Shown here one piece after another: positions 29,650 to 38,748 of a stretch of 64,000 bases of DNA. This DNA is from Planctomycetota bacterium (lineage in GTDB: Bacteria > Planctomycetota > Phycisphaerae > SM23-33), in NCBI GenBank assembly GCA_012729725.1, contig JAAYCO010000094.1:557-64556 (forward strand). Direction: 5' to 3'. Each line of letters starts with the position of its first letter. Position 1 is the first letter of the stretch. The notes under the pieces were generated by a model, which saw only the letters and a program-made list of their open reading frames with translations, did not search any database and had not been told where the DNA came from. The translations under genes were made by a program, and so were the position numbers.

Positions 29650-31212
29650 CTACTCTTCCGCTGGCTTGTCGCCCAGAACGTGATCGGCATACGCCACGTA
29701 AAGCTCATCTTCGGGCGCCAATTCCTTCAGCAGTTGGGCATATTGCCGTGCCTGCTGGGCGTTGCCCAGGTTGGCGTGCATGTAGGCGGCGACAAAGACC
29801 ATGGCTGCATCAGGCTTCTCGTCGCCTTGGCGAGCGATAACCTCATCAAGTCGCTGGAGTTGCGCCCTAACCACGTTCTCGTCAACGAATTTCGGGATAT
29901 CCAGCCTGGTCTTCATCAGCGGAGGCAGCATGGAGAACGCGGCGCGAAGCCTGGTAGCGGCGGTTATCGGTTCGCCCGCGGCGAAGTACGCCAAGCCCAT
30001 GCCCACCTGCGGCAGCGGGTTGTTCCTGTTGCCTGCCTGTGCAATCCGGTATTGATAGACCGCCTGGTAGTAATCGCCCAGCCTGAGCCTGCGGTCGGCC
30101 TCGGCCATGGCGGCATTGGCCCGATCGCTGCCGCTTCCGGTGAACCTGTTCAACACGATTATTCCGTCTACGTTCTCGACTGCGGGGTTCTCCGGCCGGG
30201 CCTGCGGCTTGGGCCGAAGCGGGTCTTCCGGCAGGCCCTCTTCCTGGCGAGCCTGCTCATTAAGCTCTTCAAGCAGATCCAGGAGCACGTTCTGTCCGTC
30301 GCCCGGAATGACGGGCTGCGGACGAGCGGGGGCTTCAAGTGGAAGCCCCGGCCTCGCTTCGACTGCCGAACGCTCATTGAGCGACGCGCCGGGAAGTACG
30401 GAGGCATCGACACCCTCATTCACGCGCTGTTGCAGCTCAAGCGTGTACAGGTCCGAGGCAAGCGCCTGACGGTCTTGCGGTGTGACTATTTCAAGCATGT
30501 CACGTACGCCGGTGGGCGTTGATGCCAGGGGTTGGCCCGGCTGGTTTGCGCCAAGAGGCTGATCGGAAGACAGAACTGGAATCAAGTCCGGCATCCAGCC
30601 TCGCGCCTCGCGAATCTCCCGAGGAGTAGGATCAAGCGGCACACGTTCAAGCGGCGTTGCCAGAAGCGTTCCGTCCGCCCTTGGCACGACCGGCGTGTAC
30701 TGCTGAACCGCCCCGTCAACATAATATCTGCTGGATAGACCAGGGGCCACGACGTTCGGCTTGGGCATGTTCGAACCGGGTTGGTTAATCCCTGCCTGGA
30801 TTGCAGCGGGGCCAACTATCGTCCTGCTGGGAGCATAATAAGGCGTTGGCGCCAGAACCTGGCCGGTCCGCACGTCTGGAAGTCCTGTTGATCTTCCAAC
30901 AAAATCACTTAAGCCTGCCGATGGCACGTCTATCCTGAATTGATCGGCTGCGACGTAGGGCACGGGGCCTTTAAAGTTGCCAAGGCCCCTTACCTGTCCC
31001 GTCACATAAAGCTGGCTTTGAATGTTGTAGGCGTTTGCGTCTATGCCCGCACCGGCGTTGGACCCGCCGCTTCCAACGCGGGGGTTTGCGTCAAGTGCGT
31101 TGCCCTGCTGCAGGGGCCTGGGCTGAACCCTGTAGGCCTGCCCAAATACAGGCTCGGCCGACCAGACAGCCAGCAATGCAACCACAAACAAGCCTACTAA
31201 CCCATTTTTCAT
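29650..31212 (-). CDS. Secreted hypothetical protein with a signal peptide, a Pro-rich middle and C-terminal TPR-like repeats
   Basis: MKNGLVGLFVVALLAVWSAEPVFGQA is the signal peptide. The C-terminal helical repeats are TPR-like, e.g. YYQAVYQYRIAQAGNRNNP. Confidence 0.55.
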   Translation of the reverse strand: MKNGLVGLFVVALLAVWSAEPVFGQAYRVQPRPLQQGNALDANPRVGSGGSNAGAGIDANAYNIQSQLYVTGQVRGLGNFKGPVPYVAADQFRIDVPSAGLSDFVGRSTGLPDVRTGQVLAPTPYYAPSRTIVGPAAIQAGINQPGSNMPKPNVVAPGLSSRYYVDGAVQQYTPVVPRADGTLLATPLERVPLDPTPREIREARGWMPDLIPVLSSDQPLGANQPGQPLASTPTGVRDMLEIVTPQDRQALASDLYTLELQQRVNEGVDASVLPGASLNERSAVEARPGLPLEAPARPQPVIPGDGQNVLLDLLEELNEQARQEEGLPEDPLRPKPQARPENPAVENVDGIIVLNRFTGSGSDRANAAMAEADRRLRLGDYYQAVYQYRIAQAGNRNNPLPQVGMGLAYFAAGEPITAATRLRAAFSMLPPLMKTRLDIPKFVDENVVRAQLQRLDEVIARQGDEKPDAAMVFVAAYMHANLGNAQQARQYAQLLKELAPEDELYVAYADHVLGDKPAEE

Positions 31213-31658
31213 GGTACACCTCCGCCCGCATGCCGACATGCCCAACCGCGTCGGAGACTCCTAATCGCCCCGCCCGAGTCTCTTACCGCGGGCACAGACG
31301 CCCTTAGCGGTAGTGCAGTGATCCAAAATACCACTACCACACCCGGACCGCAACCGCCATCGGAGCGGAACCGCGCTTCTTCTTGGCTTGCCTCTGGCGT
31401 GTCGGAACCCGCCGGGCCTGGCCTTATATAATCGTGACCTTCTCACTGGAGCACCTTTGGGCGCCCGCCCAACGGCGTCTTCAATTCGCCATCAACTACA
31501 TCGGTCAAAACCGTATCTGTCTCCTCTATCATTATATACGAAGGCAAGCATTCGGAAGATAAGGGCGGATTTTGCCGATGTAGTCTTTATGGTGCGTTTT
31601 GCAGACCGGACACGTCCGCTGGTGCGGATGTGCAACCTCCAGATTTGACGGGAAGACT

Positions 31659-34217
31659 ATGCGACCTTTGAGGACATTCACGATAGAACCTTCGCTTCCG
31701 CCGGAACTGAGCCCATTGCTTTCGCTCGCCAACAACCTGTGGTGGTCGTGGCATGGAGACGCACTGGATGTATTCCGCCGGCTGGACCAGGACAACTGGG
31801 AAGAGTGCTATCACAACCCGGTTGCCATGCTCGGAAGAATAAATCAGGCGCGCCTTGCCGAAGTGGCGGGCGATGAGGGCTTCCTTGCTCATCTGCACCG
31901 GGTCGACCAGGAGCTTCAGGATTATCTCGGCAGGCCGGGGTGGTGGAACAAGACGTACGGTAGCTTCACCCAGCCTCAAATCGCTTACTTCTGCGCCGAA
32001 TTCGGAATAAGCGAGTGCCTTCCAATCTACAGCGGCGGTCTGGGCGTGCTGGCGGGCGACCATCTCAAAAGTGCTTCGGAACTGAATCTTCCGCTGGTGG
32101 CTGTGGGGCTTCTTTACCAGCAAGGCTATTTCCGCCAGCGGCTTAACGCTGACGGTTGGCAACTGGAACTGTTTCCCAGGAACGACTTTCACAACATGCC
32201 GCTCGCCCTCGTGAAGGGCAAGGACGGCAACCCGCTGACAGTCCAGGTGGAAATGGGCCAGCGGATTGTGCGCCTCCAAATCTGGCAGGCGATGGTGGGC
32301 AGGATCAAGCTTTATCTCATGGACAGCAACGTGACGGATAACTCACCTGAGGACCGCCACATTACCGCCCAGCTTTACGGCGGCGATCAGGAGATGCGAA
32401 TCCGTCAGGAAATCGTCCTGGGCATCGGCGGCGTGAGAATGCTCAAAGCGCTTGGCATATCGCCCAAGGCGTTCCACATGAACGAGGGACACTCGGCCTT
32501 TCTGGGGCTCGAGCGCGTCCGCGTGCTCATGGCTGAAAACGGGCTGTCTTTCGACGAGGCGCTGGAAATCGTCACCGCAAGCAATGTGTTCACGACTCAT
32601 ACGCCCGTCCCTGCGGGAAACGACGCGTTTGAGCCGTGGCTGATAGACAAGTACTTCTCGGGCTACTGGCCGCAACTTGGCCTGCCACGGGAAAGATTCC
32701 TCGCTCTGGGCAGGCAGGAGCAGTCCAACAAGGACGAGCCAATGAGCCTTACCGTGCTGGCGCTGCGCCTCAGCGGCTATCGCAACGGTGTAAGCAAACT
32801 GCATGGGGCGGTCAGCAGGAAGCTTTGGACTTCGGTCTGGCCGGGCACTCCGGCGGCGGAGACCCCAATTGCCTCCATCACAAACGGCATTCACACCAGA
32901 ACGTGGCTCAGCCACGATATGGCCGACCTTTACGACCGTTACCTCGGCCCAGAATGGCACGAAAAGGCCACCGATGGTTCCCCATGGAAAGGCGTGCTTG
33001 CGATTCCCGACACTGAACTGTGGCGCACGCATGAACGAAGGCGCGAAAGGCTGGTCGGATTCGCCAGAAAACGCATGGTCTTGCAGCTTCAGAAGCGCGG
33101 CGCCGGCGCAAGCGAACTTGCCGCCGCCGAGGAAGTGCTGGACCCCGAAGCCCTGACCATCGGCTTCGCCAGGCGGTTTGCGACGTATAAACGAGCCAGC
33201 CTGATTCTTAGCGACATGAAGCGGCTGGGCGAACTGCTCAACAACTCGCAGCGCCGCATGCAGATTATCTTTGCCGGCAAGGCCCACCCTCGCGACAACC
33301 CGGGCAAGGACCTGATCAGGCAGATCATTCATGCCGCCCGTCAGGAAGGGTTCCGTCATTCGATGGTCTTCCTTGAAGACTACGACATGAACGTGGCTCG
33401 CTACCTCGTGCAGGGCGTCGATGTCTGGATGAACACGCCTCTTCGTCCAATGGAGGCAAGCGGCACCAGCGGCATGAAGGCTGCGGCAAACGGCGCGCTC
33501 AACCTGTCCATTCTTGATGGCTGGTGGGCCGAAGGATACGAGCCGGCGGTGGGGTGGGCTATCGGCTCGGGCGAGACCTACGACGACCTTGAATACCAGA
33601 ACGCCGTCGAAGGAGAATCGCTGTATGATCTTCTGGAGAAAGAAGTTATACCACTGTTCTACGACCGCGGAAGCGACAAGCTGCCCCGCGGCTGGATCGC
33701 CAAGATGAAGGCCTCGATGTCGCTGCTGGGTCCGGCATACAACACCAACCGCATGGTCCGAGACTATGCGCAGACGTTCTATGCCCCGGCAATCGCCAAG
33801 TGGGACGAGATGGCCGATGATGGCATGAAACTCACTCGCGAGCTTAGCGGATGGAAACGCCGCATTCATGAGCATTTCGGGAGCCTGAGAATCGAAAGCG
33901 TGACCGATTCCATGGATTCCCAAGGCGCTAAGGTGGGCAAGGATATCAAGGTTGAGGCGGTCGTCCAGTTGGGCGCACTCGAACCGTCCGACATTCTGGT
34001 TGAGCTGTACTATGGCCAGCTTGATGATGACGGACAACTCACCTCCGGCTGCGCTCTTGAAATGGGCATGGTTGGGCAGGAGAATGATCACCGGGTTCGG
34101 TATTCCGTGAACATGCCCTGTATGCGAAGCGGAATGACCGGATACACCGTGCGAATCCTGCCGCGACACAGGGCCTTGATAAGCGGCAGAGAACTCGGCA
34201 TGATCAAGTGGGCATAG
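31659..34217 (+). CDS. glgP: Alpha-glucan (glycogen/maltodextrin) phosphorylase, GT35, of the GlgP-type with a DUF3417 N-terminal region
   Basis: LSPLLSLANNLWWSWH..., YFCAEFGISECLPIYSGGLGVLAGDHLKSASE and EASGTSGMKAANGALNLSILDGWW carry the PLP-lysine region. Confidence 0.85.
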   Translation: MRPLRTFTIEPSLPPELSPLLSLANNLWWSWHGDALDVFRRLDQDNWEECYHNPVAMLGRINQARLAEVAGDEGFLAHLHRVDQELQDYLGRPGWWNKTYGSFTQPQIAYFCAEFGISECLPIYSGGLGVLAGDHLKSASELNLPLVAVGLLYQQGYFRQRLNADGWQLELFPRNDFHNMPLALVKGKDGNPLTVQVEMGQRIVRLQIWQAMVGRIKLYLMDSNVTDNSPEDRHITAQLYGGDQEMRIRQEIVLGIGGVRMLKALGISPKAFHMNEGHSAFLGLERVRVLMAENGLSFDEALEIVTASNVFTTHTPVPAGNDAFEPWLIDKYFSGYWPQLGLPRERFLALGRQEQSNKDEPMSLTVLALRLSGYRNGVSKLHGAVSRKLWTSVWPGTPAAETPIASITNGIHTRTWLSHDMADLYDRYLGPEWHEKATDGSPWKGVLAIPDTELWRTHERRRERLVGFARKRMVLQLQKRGAGASELAAAEEVLDPEALTIGFARRFATYKRASLILSDMKRLGELLNNSQRRMQIIFAGKAHPRDNPGKDLIRQIIHAARQEGFRHSMVFLEDYDMNVARYLVQGVDVWMNTPLRPMEASGTSGMKAAANGALNLSILDGWWAEGYEPAVGWAIGSGETYDDLEYQNAVEGESLYDLLEKEVIPLFYDRGSDKLPRGWIAKMKASMSLLGPAYNTNRMVRDYAQTFYAPAIAKWDEMADDGMKLTRELSGWKRRIHEHFGSLRIESVTDSMDSQGAKVGKDIKVEAVVQLGALEPSDILVELYYGQLDDDGQLTSGCALEMGMVGQENDHRVRYSVNMPCMRSGMTGYTVRILPRHRALISGRELGMIKWA

Positions 34218-34279
34218 ACCAGGCAAGGGGACCCCGGTGTGGGTTCCTATGTGGGCCGGGCGGGGGGTGTTAGGTTTGC

Positions 34280-34308
34280 TTGACACTACCTCGTGGCGTG
34301 AATATAGT
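34280..34308 (+). promoter_or_regulatory. Near-consensus sigma70 promoter, TTGACA-17-TATAGT
   Basis: TTGACA at 34280-34285 and TATAGT at 34303-34308 are read directly. The track ORF's TTG start sits inside the -10 element. Confidence 0.4.
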
Positions 34309-34385
34309 TGCAGGATTCACATGATGGGCTTGGCGTGGGTCGCCAGGCCTGGCTGTTAATTCTTGCACGAAACGAGGATATTTTG

Positions 34386-35015
34386 GTGGCCAAGAAAGAA
34401 AGCTCGCGTCAGTCTTCCAAACGCACTACGCGCAAGTCAGCACGAGCTACAAAAGTTGTAAAAGCTTCTGCCACAAAGACTTCTGTGAAGCCGACAAAGA
34501 AGAAGTCATCCCCAAAAAGCGTGCTCTCAGGCGCAGACCTTGAGATGTTCCGCAAAATGCTCATCGAAAAGCGGCGGTCTCTTGTTGGCGACATGAACGG
34601 CATGGAAGCGGAAGCATTCCGGGCCAATCGCCAGGATCGTAGCGGCGACCTGTCCAATATACCCATCCATCCGGCTGACATTGGCTCCGACAACTACGAG
34701 CAGGAGTTCACCATCGGCTTGCTGGAGAGCGAGAGGGTGCTTCTGGCCGAGATCAATGACGCCCTCACGCGGCTTGAAGAGGGCACCTACGGCATATGCC
34801 TTGGCACCTCCGAGCCGATAGACAAGGCCCGCCTGAAGGCCAGGCCATGGGCGAAATACTGCATTGAATATGCTCGCCTGCTCGAAAAGGGCTTGGTCCG
34901 GCCGCCCGAGGATGATCCTGACGAGCCCGAAGACGATGACGACGAGGACCATGAGCCCGTTGACGAAGAGTCGGTGCCCGAGGACAGGGTTGTTGAGGAA
35001 GAGGCAGAGGAATAA
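34386..35015 (+). CDS. DksA/TraR-family RNA-polymerase-binding factor, two-cysteine DksA2-like type, with a Lys-rich histone-H1-like N-terminal tail and a poly-acidic C-terminal tail
   Basis: The coiled-coil is followed by EGTYGICLGTSEPIDKARLKARPWAKYCIEY, a DksA zinc-finger region with only the first and third Cys retained. Its N-terminus is KRTTRKSARATKVVKASATKTSVKPTKKKSSPK and its C-terminus is EDDPDEPEDDDDEDHEP. Start placed at GTG 34386 after a GAGGA SD, because the TTG at 34308 lies inside the promoter. Confidence 0.6.
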   Translation: MAKKESSRQSSKRTTRKSARATKVVKASATKTSVKPTKKKSSPKSVLSGADLEMFRKMLIEKRRSLVGDMNGMEAEAFRANRQDRSGDLSNIPIHPADIGSDNYEQEFTIGLLESERVLLAEINDALTRLEEGTYGICLGTSEPIDKARLKARPWAKYCIEYARLLEKGLVRPPEDDPDEPEDDDDEDHEPVDEESVPEDRVVEEEAEE

Positions 35016-35018
35016 CCA

Positions 35019-35693
35019 GTGGCCCAGCCGAGCATAAAGCCTCGGTTTCTATCGCGCCTGCTGGGAACGCCAACTCCTGATCCGGCATTCAAGAGCCCGC
35101 GGGCGATAGCCATCTTCGTGCTTCTGGTGATTGCGGGCCTGGCCGGCGATCTGCTTTCCAAGCACTATGTCTTCCAGAGCATGCTTTCGAGCCCACAGGT
35201 TCGCAAAGAGCTTGAGATAATGCGCCCATATGTCGTCGGCAACCTGACCAGCAAGCAGGTTCTGCATTCGCTTCCTCCTCAGCCTGTGGGAAGGTGGCTT
35301 CAGTGGCGACTGTCGCTCAATGACGGCATTGTTTTCGGGCTTGAGATGCCGCGATCCATTGTTGCCGCTGCCTCGGTTGTGGCTATCCTGCTTACCACCG
35401 GCCTGTTTTCGCTTTCATCCCGTCGGGCTTGGGTAATGCATGCAGCTCTTGCTCTGATTCTTGTGGGCGCGCTTGGCAACCTGTACGACAGGCTGTTCTC
35501 ATCGGTGCAGATTCCCCTCGATTCGCTTGAACCCATTCGCTACCACGTGCGCGACTTCATCGATCTGACGCGAATCAGAATCGGCGGTATCTACTACAAG
35601 TGGATATTCAACGTTGCCGACATCTTTCTCGTAATTGGCGTTGTCCTGTTGATGGCCCACCAGTGGCGGACGCAGAAGAAATCCCAGCCTTAG
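35019..35693 (+). CDS. lspA: Lipoprotein signal peptidase (signal peptidase II)
   Basis: Four TM segments with GALGNLYDRL and FNVADIFLVIGV, the conserved SPase II Asp-containing boxes. GTG start 4 nt after the DksA-like gene. Confidence 0.85.
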   Translation: MAQPSIKPRFLSRLLGTPTPDPAFKSPRAIAIFVLLVIAGLAGDLLSKHYVFQSMLSSPQVRKELEIMRPYVVGNLTSKQVLHSLPPQPVGRWLQWRLSLNDGIVFGLEMPRSIVAAASVVAILLTTGLFSLSSRRAWVMHAALALILVGALGNLYDRLFSSVQIPLDSLEPIRYHVRDFIDLTRIRIGGIYYKWIFNVADIFLVIGVVLLMAHQWRTQKKSQP

Positions 35694-35818
35694 CAAGGCA
35701 CGCATGTATGGTGCTGCGCCAAGGAACTGTTGCACTGGGAGGCCGGTCACGTGGAATGAACCCGCCTGGCGGTTGACTACACTCAACCACAATTTGAGTA
35801 ATTGCGGCGATTTTGTGC

Positions 35819-35846
35819 TTGACAGTGTATCGATACTCGATACACT
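35819..35846 (+). promoter_or_regulatory. Promoter (TTGACA-16-TACACT) carrying a perfect 10-bp inverted-repeat operator AGTGTATCGA-tac-TCGATACACT at 35824-35846. A related half-site, gaCTACACT, lies at 35775-35783.
   Basis: Palindrome verified base by base. It lies 27 nt upstream of the GntR/LacI-type regulator gene, suggesting autoregulation. Confidence 0.45.
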
Positions 35847-35872
35847 ATGGAAAGCCTTCGAGTAACAACAAA

Positions 35873-36973
35873 ATGAAACCACCTGAATCACAATGCACCG
35901 GTTCGGCAGCTAAGTCAGATGTACTCAAGGAGCATCTGCTCCAGCACATTTCTGCAATGCGGCCTGGCGCCCGTCTTCCCGCCGTAAGGGAGATCATGGA
36001 TACATACAGGGTCAGCCAGGCAACGGTGTCACGGGCTATTGAGCAGTTGCGGCAGAGCGGAATCATCGAGTCCGCAATAGGCAAGGGGATGTACGTCTGC
36101 GAAAGGCCCGACAAGAAGGACCGAAAGCTTCATCGTGTTGACCTTCTGTTCTTCAGTAATCAGGAAGACATGAGCCAGCCGACTTTTCACAGCGAGTTGT
36201 TCGAGCACCTCAACCGTCAGATCGGCGAGCGAAACGGGTGGCTCAGGACGACCACTATGCCATGGTCATCAAGCATCAGTGACATCATTTCAAAGGTTGA
36301 GGCTCTCTCATGCGAGGCAGTGCTGATTGTCAACCCCAACGGCAGTGAAGACGTGTTTGACATATTCTTCCGCCGGCAGATTCCTTGCGTGGCGATGTTC
36401 CCCAGCGTCCAGATTCAGCCGGCCAACAGCTTTATGATCGACAACCGGTCGGTCGTTACGAACTGGCTGGACCACCTGTTCAACCTTGGTCATCGTCGCA
36501 TAGCCTTTCTGCACAACGTCTCGCAGGAATACTACAGCAGGGACCATTACCAGCGTCTCCAGTTCTTTTACGAGGAATATGCAAAGGCAGGCTATGTCCC
36601 CGGGCCGGAGCTAGTGCGTTACTGCGGTTTCAGTCCCGAGGATGCATATGCAGCCACGTGCAGGTTGCTTGACGATGGTGCTGATTTCACGGCGCTGATT
36701 TGCGGCGACATCAACGTTCGTGGCGTGTATCAGGCCTTGAATCGGGCGGGGTTCGAAATAGGCAAGGACATCAGCGTGATGGGCACAGACGATTGCCTTT
36801 GGGCGGAGCACATCCAGCCGCCGCTGACCACTGTCCGCATCCCGCGCGTCCAGATTGCCACGCAGGCAGTGGAAATGCTGCAAACCATGCTTGAAACCGG
36901 CCAGCTGCGATTTGCCAGCAGATTGGTGGAGTCGAGGCTGATCGTCCGGCAGTCCACCGGATCGGTGGCTTGA
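35873..36973 (+). CDS. Hybrid regulator: GntR-type winged HTH fused to a LacI/PBP1-type sugar-binding domain
   Basis: LPAVREIMDTYRVSQATVSRAIEQLRQSGIIESAIGKGMYV is the GntR HTH. A periplasmic-binding-protein-like core follows (ALICGDINVRGVYQALNRAGFEIGKDISVMGTDD). Confidence 0.75.
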   Translation: MKPPESQCTGSAAKSDVLKEHLLQHISAMRPGARLPAVREIMDTYRVSQATVSRAIEQLRQSGIIESAIGKGMYVCERPDKKDRKLHRVDLLFFSNQEDMSQPTFHSELFEHLNRQIGERNGWLRTTTMPWSSSISDIISKVEALSCEAVLIVNPNGSEDVFDIFFRRQIPCVAMFPSVQIQPANSFMIDNRSVVTNWLDHLFNLGHRRIAFLHNVSQEYYSRDHYQRLQFFYEEYAKAGYVPGPELVRYCGFSPEDAYAATCRLLDDGADFTALICGDINVRGVYQALNRAGFEIGKDISVMGTDDCLWAEHIQPPLTTVRIPRVQIATQAVEMLQTMLETGQLRFASRLVESRLIVRQSTGSVA

Positions 36974-37068
36974 GCTTTCGCCCTTGTATCCGTCCCTAGA
37001 CGTGTTGAGAGCGTGCAGTTCATAACAAGCGATGCTTTTTGAATCATGTCTTCAGCAAGGAGAAAAGG

Positions 37069-37827
37069 ATGAATCGTAAGGTGAGTCTTTTGATGGTGAT
37101 GTGTGCTGTTGTCGCATGTTCAGCGATTGTGCAGGCCGAAGTTGTCAGTTTCTGGAGTTTCGAATCGATCGAAGGAGGAACAGTAATCAATGACCAGGTT
37201 GGCGGGGTGCATCTGACGCTCAGCGGTGGTGGTTATGGTTCAAGCATTGTTGGGGGGGGCCAACAGGCATTCGGCGATGGTGCTCTGAAATCCGGTGCGG
37301 GCTATTGTGCGACTGGTAACGCCAGTTCCTATTCACTTGATGCCGGCACGCTCATCTTCTGGATAAAGGATCAGAGTCACCTTCAGTACCAGCGTGTCAT
37401 GGCAACACATGTAAGGGGTTCAGCCGTGATGGACATCCAATGGAATCCTGACGGCCAATTGTATGTTCAGGGTATTCCTGGCCAGGGATCGATCAGCGGG
37501 TCTGCCGATTCGGCTATCGCCGATGGCGAGTGGCACAAGGTTGCCCTCACATACAGCAAGGCCGAGAACAAGACCCGGTTCTACGTGGATGACAAACTGG
37601 TCGGCCAGGGCGTATATGTGGGCGCCACCACCAACACAGGCTTCATTCATCTGGGCGGCTCGGGAAGCTACAGCACCAACGCAGGATGCTACCTGGATAA
37701 CGCATCCGTCTTTGACACCGCGCTTACGCAGGAAGAAATAACAAACTATGTTCCTGAACCAGCGTCGCTGACTCTACTGGCAGCGTGCGGGCTGATTGCG
37801 ACGGCTCGTCGCCAGCGCCAGAAGTAA
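37069..37827 (+). CDS. Secreted LamG/concanavalin-like domain protein with a C-terminal PEP-CTERM sorting signal
   Basis: MNRKVSLLMVMCAVVACSAIVQA is the signal peptide. EWHKVALTYS...TRFYVDDKLVGQ is the LamG-like jelly-roll. The C-terminus VPEPASLTLLAACGLIATARRQRQK is PEP, then a TM helix, then an Arg cluster. Confidence 0.7.
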   Translation: MNRKVSLLMVMCAVVACSAIVQAEVVSFWSFESIEGGTVINDQVGGVHLTLSGGGYGSSIVGGGQQAFGDGALKSGAGYCATGNASSYSLDAGTLIFWIKDQSHLQYQRVMATHVRGSAVMDIQWNPDGQLYVQGIPGQGSISGSADSAIADGEWHKVALTYSKAENKTRFYVDDKLVGQGVYVGATTNTGFIHLGGSGSYSTNAGCYLDNASVFDTALTQEEITNYVPEPASLTLLAACGLIATARRQRQK

Positions 37828-37920
37828 AAGAGTCTACACTGTTGAGTTTCATTGCAGGCATTCCGCAAACCCTGGGAGGCGCAAGTCTCCCAGGGTTGAG
37901 GGGCCGATGAGGATCAGGTT

Positions 37921-38649
37921 ATGTTCCAACGCGCCAGAGTTATCAAGCAGCCGCGACGGGATGCTGAAAGGGCAGGCCGAATCACCGGCAAGCATGGTTT
38001 CACGCTGATTGAGCTGCTTGTAGTAATCGCGATCATATCACTGCTGGTGTCGATGCTCATGCCTGCGTTGAAAAAGGCAAGAGAGCTTGCGTGGGCAACC
38101 GTCTGCGCAGGCAATCACAAAACCGTCGGCCTGGCGATATCCTTCTACGCCGAAGACCATAAACGATCCACACCAATTGGGTATGCTCCTGAAGTCGAGG
38201 CCAATTATCGCTGGCCGAATCTGCTTGCACAGCACCAGGGGCTAATCGACGAATTGTGGAAACTGCCGCGAATCTCACATCCGTTTGACTGCCCGGCAGT
38301 TGACACGACAGACAAGTACACCGAATTCACGATGAACACCGCGTTTGCCTCTCGAAACCGCAAAAAAGCAACCGTGCTGGACAACATTGTCTCGCCGGAG
38401 AATCTGCTTGCGCTATATGAAAGCGTGCCGGACTCGGCTAACCGTTACTGCGCGACCGTGCATTGGGCTTTTCCTCCCGTCGCATTCGACGGCGCCAACT
38501 ATGCGGAGGTTCGGCTGGCCCATGCGGGAATCGCCAACTTCCTTCTGGCCGATCTGCATGTGGAGCAGATTTCAGATGAATCAAGATACATGAACATTAA
38601 CTGGGTCTGGGAAGGGTTCTGGGAATTCTGGAATGCTCCAGGTGAATAG
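37921..38649 (+). CDS. DUF1559 protein: a type IV pilin-like N-terminal cleavage/methylation segment plus a C-terminal H-X9-D(G) domain
   Basis: [25 protein letters not shown] is a prepilin N-terminus. [20 protein letters not shown] matches the HxGGxNxxFxDGSV motif. Confidence 0.75.
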   Translation: MFQRARVIKQPRRDAERAGRITGKHGFTLIELLVVIAIISLLVSMLMPALKKARELAWATVCAGNHKTVGLAISFYAEDHKRSTPIGYAPEVEANYRWPNLLAQHQGLIDELWKLPRISHPFDCPAVDTTDKYTEFTMNTAFASRNRKKATVLDNIVSPENLLALYESVPDSANRYCATVHWAFPPVAFDGANYAEVRLAHAGIANFLLADLHVEQISDESRYMNINWVWEGFWEFWNAPGE

Positions 38650-38748
38650 TGGGGGCCTGTCAAAGCGACTTTGTGACAAGCCGTTGAAGAGCAAGTCGAG
38701 AGTCTTTTGATCCATGAAGTGCCGCAGTCAGAAAAAAGGCAGCGTCAA

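Noticed and set aside
32343-34286. 647-aa minus-strand ORF spanning most of glgP
   Set aside because: It is antisense to a well-supported GT35 phosphorylase gene. The translation is low complexity.
34308-34385. TTG start of the DksA-like ORF at 34308
   Set aside because: The TTG is the last three bases of the -10 hexamer of a strong promoter, so a transcript could not include it. The GTG at 34386 with a GAGGA SD was chosen.
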